Source: a virus
Taxonomy: Duplodnaviria > Heunggongvirae > Uroviricota > Caudoviricetes
DNA: 64,000 nt
IMG/VR virus record: IMGVR_UViG_3300025387_000013
Coordinates: 46,520-110,519 of that record
Strand: one strand, 5' to 3'
The position numbers and the translations under genes were made by a program. Positions 12,201 through 21,403 of the stretch are shown piece by piece; positions within the stretch are counted from its first letter, which is position 1, and each line of letters starts with the position of its first letter. Below the pieces are notes generated by a model that made no database searches, had not been told where the DNA came from, and worked only from the letters and a program-made list of their open reading frames with translations.

Positions 12201-12604
12201 TTGTCAGGAATCTTTACCCATTGCTTTTCTTTAAAACTTCCTTCTGGCTTACCATCATATTCACCAATATTCCATGTTCTAAGTAAGGGGTTAGTAGTGT
12301 GTTGCATGCCAGCCTCATCAGCCATAACTCCTGCTGTCTGTACAGCTCTTTCTATATCACTAGATATAACAGCTTTCTTACCTTGTTGAGCAGCTTGTTT
12401 ACCTATTGCTTTTGCATATTTAATTCCTTTTTTAGTTAAGTCTGTTGGTTCTACACCATTCTCTTCATGATCAGCAGTTGCTGTATCTTCTCCATGTTCA
12501 TACACCTCTGTACCATTTAGTTTAATAGGAGGCACCTTAGGACCAGAGATATTTCCACCATCTGCATACTTATCTAGCCATCCTTGTTGTTTACTCTTTG
12601 CCAT
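9212..12604 (-). CDS. Giant virion protein (1130 aa) with an internal lytic-transglycosylase (SLT)-like peptidoglycan hydrolase domain
   Basis: SLT-like motif triad: AYEESG (catalytic E-S), DMLGQ (GLMQ-like) and SWNGYG (AYNxG-like). The motif GGWLDKY recurs four times, including both termini. Confidence 0.55.
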   Translation of the reverse strand: MAKSKQQGWLDKYADGGNISGPKVPPIKLNGTEVYEHGEDTATADHEENGVEPTDLTKKGIKYAKAIGKQAAQQGKKAVISSDIERAVQTAGVMADEAGMQHTTNPLLRTWNIGEYDGKPEGSFKEKQWVKIPDKAVPGGESFDSFKDRMEKAYEMVKAAPKSDDIITHSKVTRAFKALEATDGHWTDNTTKKFQQLKDEPKKENGGWLDRFEQGGRLLEKKADNYGKHGNYNDAQVSTGPDFVGLGYNTKGRDYSPAWGGQFQMGGSLPGATGMMYARTQNPAPSNGKYAKKTKASAQNGTFMDATKFKGSGYQFNDQFDPTASPLVHPILEIKDTRKIDKASGNPITDQNKLEYEKGIDTNLVKKIVGSAKKFGKDPYTALGMAYEESGIGNSEAGPENPFHLSRAYDDNFEKLNTKYKGDQVDMFMDMLGQKTNYAQKHLLKKGDADVLQSWNGYGHITPKSEDNTKFYYGIDVSKHPINMNKNPVYGNRVVDVRDNIIKKDPRIRTIVENTPAFQNGGEMKFYQNSLDWTPKTISENGSVIKDDRGQWAHPGEITEIGSNNITMQGVDYPVLGVSDTGDTKLMKPGKDYKFKGKKVTEYPQAQNGWLGKYETQPGTPSQSDIENRLTLEKNIENQNKFNNRATISKIEEPRSAVDKAWAIAKNPMTALEYKVKGKNIPEHFDRGPRNILEHATDIVNPVNYIDAINKIPGNISRGELLQAGANTLSILPALSEIPGASNSIKELGAIASDLPRAKNIKEAIGRIGGIPLESTLPRMGIEDVKALRQVQEIGRLKSTRSSLSDQMKYALENKLPENHFQKVFGKSREEAQNLLNSGFGEQDATRSAEIRSRLNLSRSEPSRTIPTGPDSDIDRDFVDVSNDPVIPYYRRPINGHQPGTPEWNALDEEIDGARAPRIQSYIDPISGVDRSERVRNILNEAIRDFRPEPFTPRKTDNIIPKIASVPSKLIPRKNINEFVNNLIQDYPSYSGEVQQKVPLLMLGSEGSLKNISKKVNFAPEGINSGDVFTGSTNTSHSSWLPQMKQVFKYDKGSPQFLGYRPMNTMGYLSGYGYEPEEVAKYLNSELDEQIKRGVIPKNIQRPYIKGEHVVLPQYGVKEKKNGGWLDKYK

Positions 12605-13470
12605 TATTTGTATGAAATTTGTTCTTCTGCAATAATGAATTGACTAATCAAATGGGCTGTAGAACTATTATCTAGAATGTGTCTTATCTTAAGACTCTTA
12701 GATCTTATAGGTTCTTTCTTAAAACTTCTCTTACCATAATCCATATTAGCTTGGTTGAGCACCTTATCTATAGATAAAGACTCACAACTGGTTAAAAACA
12801 AAGGTATGGTTTTATCTCTAACAAGTCCCCAGAATGTATTATATTGATAGAAGTTATCACTCTTTGTATAGATGATAGTTTTACTACCGACATTATAAGT
12901 TGGATAGGATAGATATGTGCTTAGGTTATTGATAGGTTTAGGTACCAATTCTAGAAGACCTGAGCACTGTTGACCATTATATAGAATAGCTTTATTGAAC
13001 CATTGATCATCTGTTTCTATTCTATTAGTTGTGTTATATACACCATCTGTGCTAGCAAAGTATCTGTAGGCTTTTGTAAAGTCTTTAACACTCTGTAAGA
13101 TTTCATCATAAGATTGAAATGCAAATGGATATTCTATAATATATGGTTCTATGTTTCCATAGTAGTTATTATAAAGACTGATGTTTGTTAAATGTCTCCA
13201 TAGAGATGCTGTATTACAAGAAGTAAATGTAATAGCAGCTATCTGTTCTACATCAAGATTTTCAATAGACATCTCTATCAATGTCTGACATTTACCAACA
13301 GATTGTAAAATAATAGTAGATACGCCATCCTGTACAGAAACAGCATAGCCATCTATAAGAGTATCTTTAGATATATTTGTGCCAAGAACATTCCCTAAGT
13401 TGTCATAGACATCAAAGGGACCTGTTCTATATCCTGCACAAGTTAATTTTACGATTACTGTTGTTGCCAT
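12604..13470 (-). CDS. Hypothetical tail or baseplate protein (288 aa)
   Basis: ORF in the structural operon. Its start overlaps the stop of the upstream giant gene by 1 nt. Confidence 0.5.
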   Translation of the reverse strand: MATTVIVKLTCAGYRTGPFDVYDNLGNVLGTNISKDTLIDGYAVSVQDGVSTIILQSVGKCQTLIEMSIENLDVEQIAAITFTSCNTASLWRHLTNISLYNNYYGNIEPYIIEYPFAFQSYDEILQSVKDFTKAYRYFASTDGVYNTTNRIETDDQWFNKAILYNGQQCSGLLELVPKPINNLSTYLSYPTYNVGSKTIIYTKSDNFYQYNTFWGLVRDKTIPLFLTSCESLSIDKVLNQANMDYGKRSFKKEPIRSKSLKIRHILDNSSTAHLISQFIIAEEQISYK

Positions 13471-13480
13471 TTATTTTATT

Positions 13481-16400
13481 TTAACATGTAAAGCCAGTGT
13501 TACCTGTTGTCCATATTGTTAATGTACCTCCTGCTACTGGAGTAGCGGTGTTGTGAAGACAATCTGTTACTGTGCCTGGGCATACTCCACCTGCTGTTGC
13601 ATTTACACTATAATTAGTTGATAAACTAGGTCCAGAAATATCAGACATCATAATAGTAAATACGGTTCCTAATGGATATGAAGAAGTAGTACCTAATGAT
13701 GTGCAAGTAGTGTTTAGTACTCCAGAATTTGTACCACCATTTAATATATTCCAAGTAGTACCAGAGTCAGTACTATACCACATATATAAAGTACCTCCTG
13801 AACCACTTGATTTTTTACCATTAACTAATAAATTAACCGTAGCATGTGTTGTTGTGCTAGTAGTTGTTGGTGGTGCTGTAGTTGTTGTTGTTGTTACAGG
13901 CGGAGGTGCAGGTGTTGTTGTGCTTGTTGTTGTAGGTGTAGGTGTTGTAGTTGTGGTAGTTGTTGGTGCAGGTGTTGTTGTGCTTGTTGTTGTAGGTGTA
14001 GGTGTTGTAGTTGTGGTAGTTGTTGGTGCAGGTGTTGTTGTGCTTGTTGTTGTTATACTACTACAAGCTATACATCCTCCACTTATTATAGTTGCTATAG
14101 ATGTTCCGTTTGTTGTACCCACAATAAAATTACCTCCATAAGAGAAATAATAAGTATCACTAGGCAATGCAATTAATGAACCTCCTGTTAATTGAGTAGC
14201 GGTACAGAAATTACTTGTATTAGGTGTTACCCCCACTATTGAAGCTGATGTACATGCCATAGCTCCTCCTGCACTTGTTGATATATAATTAACATTTATA
14301 AACCCAGCTGTAGTTGTTGTTGTTGTAGTTGGTGGTGCTGTAGTTGTAGTGGTTGTAGTACTAGTAGACGTACTGGTACTAGTAGATGTACTAGTGCTGG
14401 TAGACGTACTGGTAGAAGTGCTAGTACTAGTAGATGTACTGGTAGAAGTGCTGGTACTAGTAGACGTACTGGTACTGGTAGAAGTGCTAGTGGATGTGCT
14501 AGTAGATGTAGTTGTAGTGGTAGGATCAAATATAGCTCCACCTGCTACATCACAATTATCTGTTATAAATAATGCTCCACCTGCTACAGCACAACTTACT
14601 ACTGTTGTTGTAGTGGTAGTTGTTGTTGGTGTAGGAATCTCGGTAATAGCCACAGCTTGAAGATCACATCCTTGATTAAGTCCTGAATAAAAGAATGTTT
14701 GATCAGTTACATAGAAATTGGGAAGATAACTATGAAAACTAATCCATGTCTTAGTGTTAAAATTAAATGAGAGTGTAAAGCTCTTGTTACAGAAATATTC
14801 TTGGTCTGTAAGTTGAACCACTTTTCTTAATGTTGTACAGCCATAAATCTTATTTACATAGAACTCTTGTGTGGTTGCATCATATTGTACACCGCTATTT
14901 AAAAGAGGAATATAATCAAGTTTGGTAATTATCACCCTATCATACTTAGCATCATACACTCCATGTAATCCAAGATTGTTATAATGATTATCTGTATTTA
15001 CATTAGGAAAATAGTTAAGTATTTGGAACGGTAGATAGTTTGAAAAGAATCTATTCATTCCAGATCCAAATGCAGCAAGATCTGTAGGAAGGTATCTTCC
15101 ATACATATTTAAGCTAATCAAGAATATTTGTCCTCTTTTAGCATCTATAGATATTTGACCTTCAGGAACCTTAATTAAGAACTTATTTTGAGTTCCCATA
15201 TATCCTATATCAGTTTCAGCAAAGTCTTGTGGAGGAGATGATTTAAATAATTGATCATTTCCTATATACGCTGCTTGAGGATTACTTGTATTTAATGTAA
15301 GTAGGGAATTATAAATAAGTCCTTTGTTTTCAAACCTAGCAAGAATTCCTTTGTTTTGAATACCATCTAAAGATACGAGACCACCATAATTCTCAGGGAA
15401 ATCAAAGCTAGATACAGGTCTATATATAAGCCAGTTATTCACTCTGTTATCTGTATAGCTTTGTTGTGGATCAGAATAAATTGCTCTAAATGGAAAATTA
15501 GAATAGCAAATATTAGGAGTCCAGTTTATAGGTAGATGAGAAAAATAGTTCTCTTTGTTCTGTTTAGAATAAGTTACATTATAAGTGTATGTATTATCAA
15601 AAGCAATTGGTACAAATGTTTGTTGCAACCAATTATCTGGAATACCTGAACTTACATGTGGATAGAAGTCTCCTTCTTGATTATTGAATGCTTGACGAAG
15701 ATCAACGTTAATAGAAGACTCTGTATAATAATAAGGAATACCATAAGCAAATAAATACATCTTTCCAGTGTATGTAGCATTTAATGGAGCAGATGTTACA
15801 TTTCCTTCTATTGTTGTTGTTGTAGAACTTGTTGTTGTAGTGGTTCCTTGTATAGTTGTAGTGTTATTAGAACAATCAAAGTTGTGAGCTTTGATTGATA
15901 TGATATTGTTTAACAATACATTATTAGGAGTGGTCCAGTTATACAAAATAGATCTAGCAGAGTGCCAGTATTGTGGGAATGCCACATTACCAATCTCATC
16001 ATAGAATATATCTGAATCATCAGGAGCACCCACTCTATTATCTATAAAGAAAGGAAGTTTTGTTTTGAATGCAAATTTTCCAATAAACGTATCACCACCA
16101 AACACTATTCCTGGATCTTGTGTAGGAAGAGCATTGAATATTCTTTGAAATCCTGTATCAATTGTAGAATAAGAATATATCTGTCCCCATTGATCAGGAG
16201 ATATAGTTTTTATAGAACCATAATATGAAACAACTTTAATAGGATTTAAATATTCTGGTGTATCACAATGTGTTGTTTCAGAGAGGGTAAATCGAGAAGA
16301 ATCCGAAATAAGGCTACCAGAGTTACCAACTAAAGATGGTGTAGCATTAGGAAAAGGAAGACTAGCAACAAGTGCAGATCCTCTTTTTTCTATAGTCTTT

Positions 16401-19150
16401 ATATACACAGAGGATTCTCTTTGGTAATTATTTACATTCCAAACATCTCCTACAGATTCAACACCTGGAATGAGATATTGACAGATATCAAGTTCTCTTT
16501 GTTTTTTACCAAGATTGTTATTTATATTAGCAGAATAGTCATATGTAGCTACAGAGTTAAATGAATATGCATAGTTTTGTCTACTTATACCATTTAAATA
16601 AATCTGTAGATATGCTTGATAGGCAGTGAACATTGCTGTTGCATTGAATGTTCCTGTAATATTAGCAATGTTATAACTTGATTGTAAAGCTGCTAATTGA
16701 GCATCTCTTGTAAGAAGTTTATATTGTGCATTATTCTTCACTTGTACAAAGTGAGCTTGACCAGCACCATATAGTACATTCTCCATTTTAAGAACTGTTC
16801 CTAATGTAGGCTGTCCAAAAGAAGTTTCAGGAGAATTAAATACCATTCTATATTCAGCATCTCCTTGAAATCCATATAGTTTAGATGGGTCACAAACAGC
16901 ATTCTGATTACTTTCTTGTATACTATATTTAGTTGATCCTCCTGTACGTACAGGAATAGTGTAAGAATTTAAGGTTATAGGAGAACCAACATACACTGTA
17001 ACATTCTTTAAAGAAGATGTATCATTTGGATCTGTGTATTGAAATGTAACATTATTACCAGTGGGTCCATCAAGATAACATGTCAGTGTAAATGATATAG
17101 CTGTAATATTTTTAATAGTTGCAGCTCCAGTGAGAATGACAGGATAGGATATAGAACATATCTGAATATCAGTGGGCATACTTACAGTGACTAACCTACC
17201 ATCATTACAATCATTATATTGTATAGTACCAGCTACTGATACTGATATTTGGTAAGTTTGACATTGAGAATTATATGCATTGTTCTGTGTAAGAAGAAAT
17301 GGATCTGGATCAAGATCGTTATAAGGATAGTTTGGATAGTAGTAGTAAGTTGGATTAGGATTTTCTAAAGAACTATCTCTTGTATATTTACCAACATTTC
17401 TTAATATGCCCTTTCCTACAATAGATCTATTTGTACTTCTATCTCCTCTAACAATTTTAAATCCAACAATCTGAGATTTTTCAGCTGATGTAAGATCTGA
17501 TGTATTTATTAGATTTCTAATTTCTTCAACATCCACTTTAATACCAATAGGGTAAACAGCATCTGCTGTTTGCATTTCTACATTATATGTACCATCAATA
17601 TTAGTAGTTGGAATAGCACTTTCAAATGCAGGACTTACTAATATATCTGGAAACTTATGATGTCTAATATGCTGATCTGCAAGATCTCCCCAAACATTAG
17701 TGTTACAAGGATATTTCTCTATAGATTCCCAATATGCAAATTCACCATATTGATATGGTGTAGCATTACCTATAGGAAAATTAGAACTATCATTACCTAT
17801 TACAGAAGCTGTATTATATATTTTCCAATAAGGAAGAGTGGTAGCACCACTACCATCAGAAATAAAGTCAGGATTGGTATTAGGTATATCTGGTTGAGAG
17901 AACTCATTATAATTCTTTGCTCTACCAGGAATATGAAAACCATCTGTTTGTTTACCATTATCTAATAAAAACACTATTTCAAAAGCATACACCTCATCTC
18001 TAAGATAACCTCTTAAGTTAGTAGCATTAAATGAATCTGCATAGTTTTCTGTAGCAGGTATTCTATATGTTTCCCATAGAAGTTTAATTCTATTAGCGAT
18101 AGATTGGTAGTTCACCTTATCTATAGAAGTCACTTGATCCCATATAAGAACATCTCTTGCTGTAGTGATATCTTGTGCAATTTCATAATAAGGAAACTTC
18201 TCAAATATATCAGCAAGTGTAAGAGGAATTGCAGTTACATTTTGTCCTGTGTAAGTGATTTGAGTTGATGTGTTATCAATAAAATATGTACCTACAAGTT
18301 CAACAGATGTAATGTCATTAATAGTTTTAATTACAGCAAGATTGTAATATTGATAATATCCTGTAACATCTATATTATCAATGTTTAATCTAATAGACTT
18401 ATTCACTGGATAGTTAAAATCAGCAGTGGTTAAGTGTACATCAGCAATTGGTGTAGGATTAGTAACAGAATAATATGATGTATAAGCATCTCCAAAAGAG
18501 TTACTATATTGTATTGCAAATTGGTAAGTACCAGCAAGAAGATTACCACCAGTAACAATACTATTTATAGATAGTTCTGGAATAGCAAAATTAGGCTGCA
18601 CCTTTAATTTATTACAATCAATCACTCCTACATCAGGAGTTGCATCACAAACATTATTTCCTGGAATAGTTACCCAAGGTGGGTTATTAAGATCTAAGAA
18701 TCTTCTAGGATTATAACCATCTGTCCAATATATCTCTGTTGTACAATTTGTAATTTTATGTACAGCTTTAAGAATTGGATAATTTATATTAAAATTGAGA
18801 CACTTACCCTGAATATATTGAATATAATTACAATCACCATTTACCATCCATCCAATTTGACAATCTCCTGTTTCTGGATTTGTTAAAAAGAATACATGTT
18901 TATTTTCTTCTGGAATAAAATGTTCACCAAGTACATGAAAGTTTTGAGGAAAGTTTAGGCATAGTTCGTTACCTGGCTCATTCTGATAGTTAACAGAACT
19001 TGAGTCAAAGTTTTCTACAGCAGCATTTAGTGCATATGTAAGACTACCTTTCTCCACCTGATTAACAGATAGATCCATGTTTAATCCTTTCCTACCTAAA
19101 TTAAACTCGCTTCTTATATTACCTTGCGGTTGTTGTTCCTGTTCAGCCAT
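13481..19150 (-). CDS. Giant tail fibre or receptor-binding protein (1889 aa) with Thr/Ser/Pro-rich tandem-repeat linkers
   Basis: Very long ORF. The C-terminal third contains (TS)n and TTTTPAPTTTTTTTPTPTTTSTTT blocks, encoded by a perfect 60-bp tandem repeat and by hexamer repeats. Many Cys/Gly/Asn-rich beta-type segments typical of fibres. Confidence 0.65.
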   Translation of the reverse strand: MAEQEQQPQGNIRSEFNLGRKGLNMDLSVNQVEKGSLTYALNAAVENFDSSSVNYQNEPGNELCLNFPQNFHVLGEHFIPEENKHVFFLTNPETGDCQIGWMVNGDCNYIQYIQGKCLNFNINYPILKAVHKITNCTTEIYWTDGYNPRRFLDLNNPPWVTIPGNNVCDATPDVGVIDCNKLKVQPNFAIPELSINSIVTGGNLLAGTYQFAIQYSNSFGDAYTSYYSVTNPTPIADVHLTTADFNYPVNKSIRLNIDNIDVTGYYQYYNLAVIKTINDITSVELVGTYFIDNTSTQITYTGQNVTAIPLTLADIFEKFPYYEIAQDITTARDVLIWDQVTSIDKVNYQSIANRIKLLWETYRIPATENYADSFNATNLRGYLRDEVYAFEIVFLLDNGKQTDGFHIPGRAKNYNEFSQPDIPNTNPDFISDGSGATTLPYWKIYNTASVIGNDSSNFPIGNATPYQYGEFAYWESIEKYPCNTNVWGDLADQHIRHHKFPDILVSPAFESAIPTTNIDGTYNVEMQTADAVYPIGIKVDVEEIRNLINTSDLTSAEKSQIVGFKIVRGDRSTNRSIVGKGILRNVGKYTRDSSLENPNPTYYYYPNYPYNDLDPDPFLLTQNNAYNSQCQTYQISVSVAGTIQYNDCNDGRLVTVSMPTDIQICSISYPVILTGAATIKNITAISFTLTCYLDGPTGNNVTFQYTDPNDTSSLKNVTVYVGSPITLNSYTIPVRTGGSTKYSIQESNQNAVCDPSKLYGFQGDAEYRMVFNSPETSFGQPTLGTVLKMENVLYGAGQAHFVQVKNNAQYKLLTRDAQLAALQSSYNIANITGTFNATAMFTAYQAYLQIYLNGISRQNYAYSFNSVATYDYSANINNNLGKKQRELDICQYLIPGVESVGDVWNVNNYQRESSVYIKTIEKRGSALVASLPFPNATPSLVGNSGSLISDSSRFTLSETTHCDTPEYLNPIKVVSYYGSIKTISPDQWGQIYSYSTIDTGFQRIFNALPTQDPGIVFGGDTFIGKFAFKTKLPFFIDNRVGAPDDSDIFYDEIGNVAFPQYWHSARSILYNWTTPNNVLLNNIISIKAHNFDCSNNTTTIQGTTTTTSSTTTTIEGNVTSAPLNATYTGKMYLFAYGIPYYYTESSINVDLRQAFNNQEGDFYPHVSSGIPDNWLQQTFVPIAFDNTYTYNVTYSKQNKENYFSHLPINWTPNICYSNFPFRAIYSDPQQSYTDNRVNNWLIYRPVSSFDFPENYGGLVSLDGIQNKGILARFENKGLIYNSLLTLNTSNPQAAYIGNDQLFKSSPPQDFAETDIGYMGTQNKFLIKVPEGQISIDAKRGQIFLISLNMYGRYLPTDLAAFGSGMNRFFSNYLPFQILNYFPNVNTDNHYNNLGLHGVYDAKYDRVIITKLDYIPLLNSGVQYDATTQEFYVNKIYGCTTLRKVVQLTDQEYFCNKSFTLSFNFNTKTWISFHSYLPNFYVTDQTFFYSGLNQGCDLQAVAITEIPTPTTTTTTTTVVSCAVAGGALFITDNCDVAGGAIFDPTTTTTSTSTSTSTSTSTSTSTSTSTSTSTSTSTSTSTSTSTSTSTSTSTSTSTSTTTTTTTAPPTTTTTTTAGFINVNYISTSAGGAMACTSASIVGVTPNTSNFCTATQLTGGSLIALPSDTYYFSYGGNFIVGTTNGTSIATIISGGCIACSSITTTSTTTPAPTTTTTTTPTPTTTSTTTPAPTTTTTTTPTPTTTSTTTPAPPPVTTTTTTAPPTTTSTTTHATVNLLVNGKKSSGSGGTLYMWYSTDSGTTWNILNGGTNSGVLNTTCTSLGTTSSYPLGTVFTIMMSDISGPSLSTNYSVNATAGGVCPGTVTDCLHNTATPVAGGTLTIWTTGNTGFTC
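13905..14053. repeat. Perfect 60-bp tandem repeat (about 2.5 copies) inside the giant fibre gene
   Basis: 13921-13980 is identical to 13981-14040, with partial flanking copies. Encodes the T/P-rich linker. Confidence 0.8.
14347..14520. repeat. Degenerate 6/12-bp tandem repeats encoding a (Thr-Ser)n tract
   Basis: Iterated actagtagacgt / actggtagaagtgct units. The minus strand encodes TSTSTSTS.... Confidence 0.7.
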
Positions 19151-19157
19151 AGTTTAT

Positions 19158-20186
19158 TTATTGATTACCATACCAAGAATTTCCACCATTTGCATAACCT
19201 CCATTTACACTTCTATATCCAGAATCTCCATTAGGACTAGCATTTGGTAATCCATATTTATTATTTCTATTAAGATCATTTTTAATTCTTCTTTGTTTCT
19301 CCCAAGAAGTTTGTTTCTTAATTTCAATATCGGCCATTATAAATGCCTCATCATGAAGTCCTTTATAATATCCCATCTTTTGTTGTATTTGAACAAATGT
19401 TTCATCATTGATTTGATTAGCTAACATTTCAAACACTTTCCATTTAATATATGCTTCTACAAACTCTCTGACACGATAGTTATCAGGAATTAATTGATTA
19501 CCCACTTGATCATAGTCTGTTACATAGAATACTAAATGAACTATACCAGATCTAAAGTTTGTGACAAACTTATTATCTCTAATATCAAATGAGTCATAAC
19601 TAGCAGCTCCAGGAGTGAACTCACGAACAGGAGGAGCATAGTCTGCAAATTCCCAAGCATTTGTATATTGTACATCACAATTCTTTCTTACAGAAATGTT
19701 TCCTGGTTTAAGAAGATATTGTTGTTGATAAGATCTAGGAACAGAACCGTTTGTTTTATATACAGATTGTACAATTTCAGGCATACAATTTCCATCACAA
19801 CCAGGAGTGGTACAATTAGGATTACCAGATACACAAGGAACACCATTAATTGTAATAGGGCTCACTTGAATTGTAGTTCTATCTGCAGCTTGTGTATATA
19901 ATGAGTTAGCGGATTGATATGGATAATGAGGAATCTCTGCACACATCCAAGCTTCTCTTACAGCAATAAAATTATCTGGAAGCCTAGCTTGAAAGTCTTC
20001 TATATATAAAGGTTGTTCTTGAATAACATAAGATGACTTACCTAGCTTTCTAAGACATTTGTCTAGATAGGTAGGAAACAATAGATCATCCACTGCTCCT
20101 GTATCAAAATAACTTTTAAGTTCTTCCTTAACAGTTGAATAAATTGGTTCAGGAGAAACAAAGTTGTATTTGTAATAATAAGACAT
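19158..20186 (-). CDS. Hypothetical Cys-rich tail-associated protein (342 aa)
   Basis: ORF tightly packed in the operon. Cys-rich CxxxxC patterns (VPCVSGNPNCTTPGCDGNC). Confidence 0.5.
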   Translation of the reverse strand: MSYYYKYNFVSPEPIYSTVKEELKSYFDTGAVDDLLFPTYLDKCLRKLGKSSYVIQEQPLYIEDFQARLPDNFIAVREAWMCAEIPHYPYQSANSLYTQAADRTTIQVSPITINGVPCVSGNPNCTTPGCDGNCMPEIVQSVYKTNGSVPRSYQQQYLLKPGNISVRKNCDVQYTNAWEFADYAPPVREFTPGAASYDSFDIRDNKFVTNFRSGIVHLVFYVTDYDQVGNQLIPDNYRVREFVEAYIKWKVFEMLANQINDETFVQIQQKMGYYKGLHDEAFIMADIEIKKQTSWEKQRRIKNDLNRNNKYGLPNASPNGDSGYRSVNGGYANGGNSWYGNQ

Positions 20187-20192
20187 ATTATT

Positions 20193-20669
20193 TTATTTTA
20201 GCCACTCATGATAAATGTATTGATATTTATCATCAGCGTTAATGTAATGAGATAGTAATCTTGATGTAATTCTAGAAGGCTTAAAATACCAAAGATCTAT
20301 GTTTTTTATTCTAGCAGATTCTTTAAACCATACCCATCCAAAGAAATATCCTTCTGTATGATAATTGAAATTGTATATAATTTTTCCTTTCTCTTTGCTT
20401 CTTTTCCAATCAACTGGTAGATTAACATATTCCTTACCCTGAATGTTTTTAATCTTCTTTCTCTTCTTTTTATTTATAGAGAATTCACCAAAGCCAAAAG
20501 GAATTCTAGCTTTTTCACCAGTTTCTAATATATAAGTTTTAAATTGCTCATTAAATAGATAGATGATATTTCTCCACTCATCAAATGTTAATTGTAAAAG
20601 AGGATGTTTATTACAAAAATCATTATAATTATCTTTACTAGCACTTCTCCAATCTATCTTAGTTCGCAT
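20193..20669 (-). CDS. Hypothetical protein (158 aa)
   Basis: ORF whose stop abuts the start of the upstream gene. Consistent with translational coupling. Confidence 0.45.
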   Translation of the reverse strand: MRTKIDWRSASKDNYNDFCNKHPLLQLTFDEWRNIIYLFNEQFKTYILETGEKARIPFGFGEFSINKKKRKKIKNIQGKEYVNLPVDWKRSKEKGKIIYNFNYHTEGYFFGWVWFKESARIKNIDLWYFKPSRITSRLLSHYINADDKYQYIYHEWLK

Positions 20670-21403
20670 TAATTTGTTGGTTTTGCATTAGGTGCTTGAC
20701 CATCTATACCATCAGCTGTATTATCTGATTTAATATTGAAATACGTACTTAGTAATTTCTTAGATGTGAGATCAAGCACTTGTGTTTCTAAATAACCAGG
20801 GCATCCATATTCTCTATCTAAAGGATTTATACACAATTGGTCTGTTGTATAAGTGATTCCACAACCACAACCACTTGGTGGATATAATATTTCATTAGGA
20901 ATATCTTCTTCAAAGAATGCAGATATCCTAATTGATTTTAATAAAGGATTATTTACATATAAATATCCCCCATTAGCAATCCAATAATATTGTTCTTTCT
21001 TTATAATAGGAAGTTTTAATAGATTTAAATATCTATTAATGGTAACTTCTTTAAATCTTCTCCCTTGTCCACCCATTGCGTTTATAGAATAAACACCTTG
21101 AATAAGGTATTGATAATTTCCTTCACTTATGCGAGGAAGAGGATATTTACTTCTAGCAACTTGACAAGGGTCTACATATCCACAACAATCAGAAATAGGA
21201 ACTTCTATCATCTCTAAACAAGGGATGGTAGTAAACAACGTATCAGTGGCCCAAAGCTTTCTAAGATTTGTTTCACGTTTAATTAATAATTGTGTATTGT
21301 TTTTGATTTCAGAAGCTATAGCTCTATTAGTTACTAATCCATCAGAGGACAATAACTTATGAGTTGCTCTAATATCTGAAACCATTTTTCTTAAGGTAGC
21401 CAT
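20669..21403 (-). CDS. Hypothetical Cys-rich protein (244 aa)
   Basis: ORF with CCGYVDPC and GCGCG motifs. Coupled to the upstream gene. Confidence 0.45.
   Translation of the reverse strand: MATLRKMVSDIRATHKLLSSDGLVTNRAIASEIKNNTQLLIKRETNLRKLWATDTLFTTIPCLEMIEVPISDCCGYVDPCQVARSKYPLPRISEGNYQYLIQGVYSINAMGGQGRRFKEVTINRYLNLLKLPIIKKEQYYWIANGGYLYVNNPLLKSIRISAFFEEDIPNEILYPPSGCGCGITYTTDQLCINPLDREYGCPGYLETQVLDLTSKKLLSTYFNIKSDNTADGIDGQAPNAKPTN

Noticed and set aside
14340-14520. Possible CRISPR array (regular short repeats)
   Set aside because: The repeats are contiguous 6/12-bp units with no spacers, lie inside a long ORF and encode a (TS)n tract. This is a coding microsatellite.
13701-14660. Plus-strand ORFs 13701..14141, 13844..14176 and 14349..14660 (also the 14296..14541 minus-strand alternative frame)
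   Set aside because: These are artefacts of the low-complexity tandem repeats inside the 1889-aa minus-strand gene. Their translations are poly-V, poly-C or poly-L nonsense.
1-19150. Virion-packaged RNA polymerase (DxDGD) or a diversity-generating retroelement near the fibre
   Set aside because: No DxDGD motif found by eye in the giant ORFs. No reverse-transcriptase motifs and no template or variable repeat pair detected in the window.
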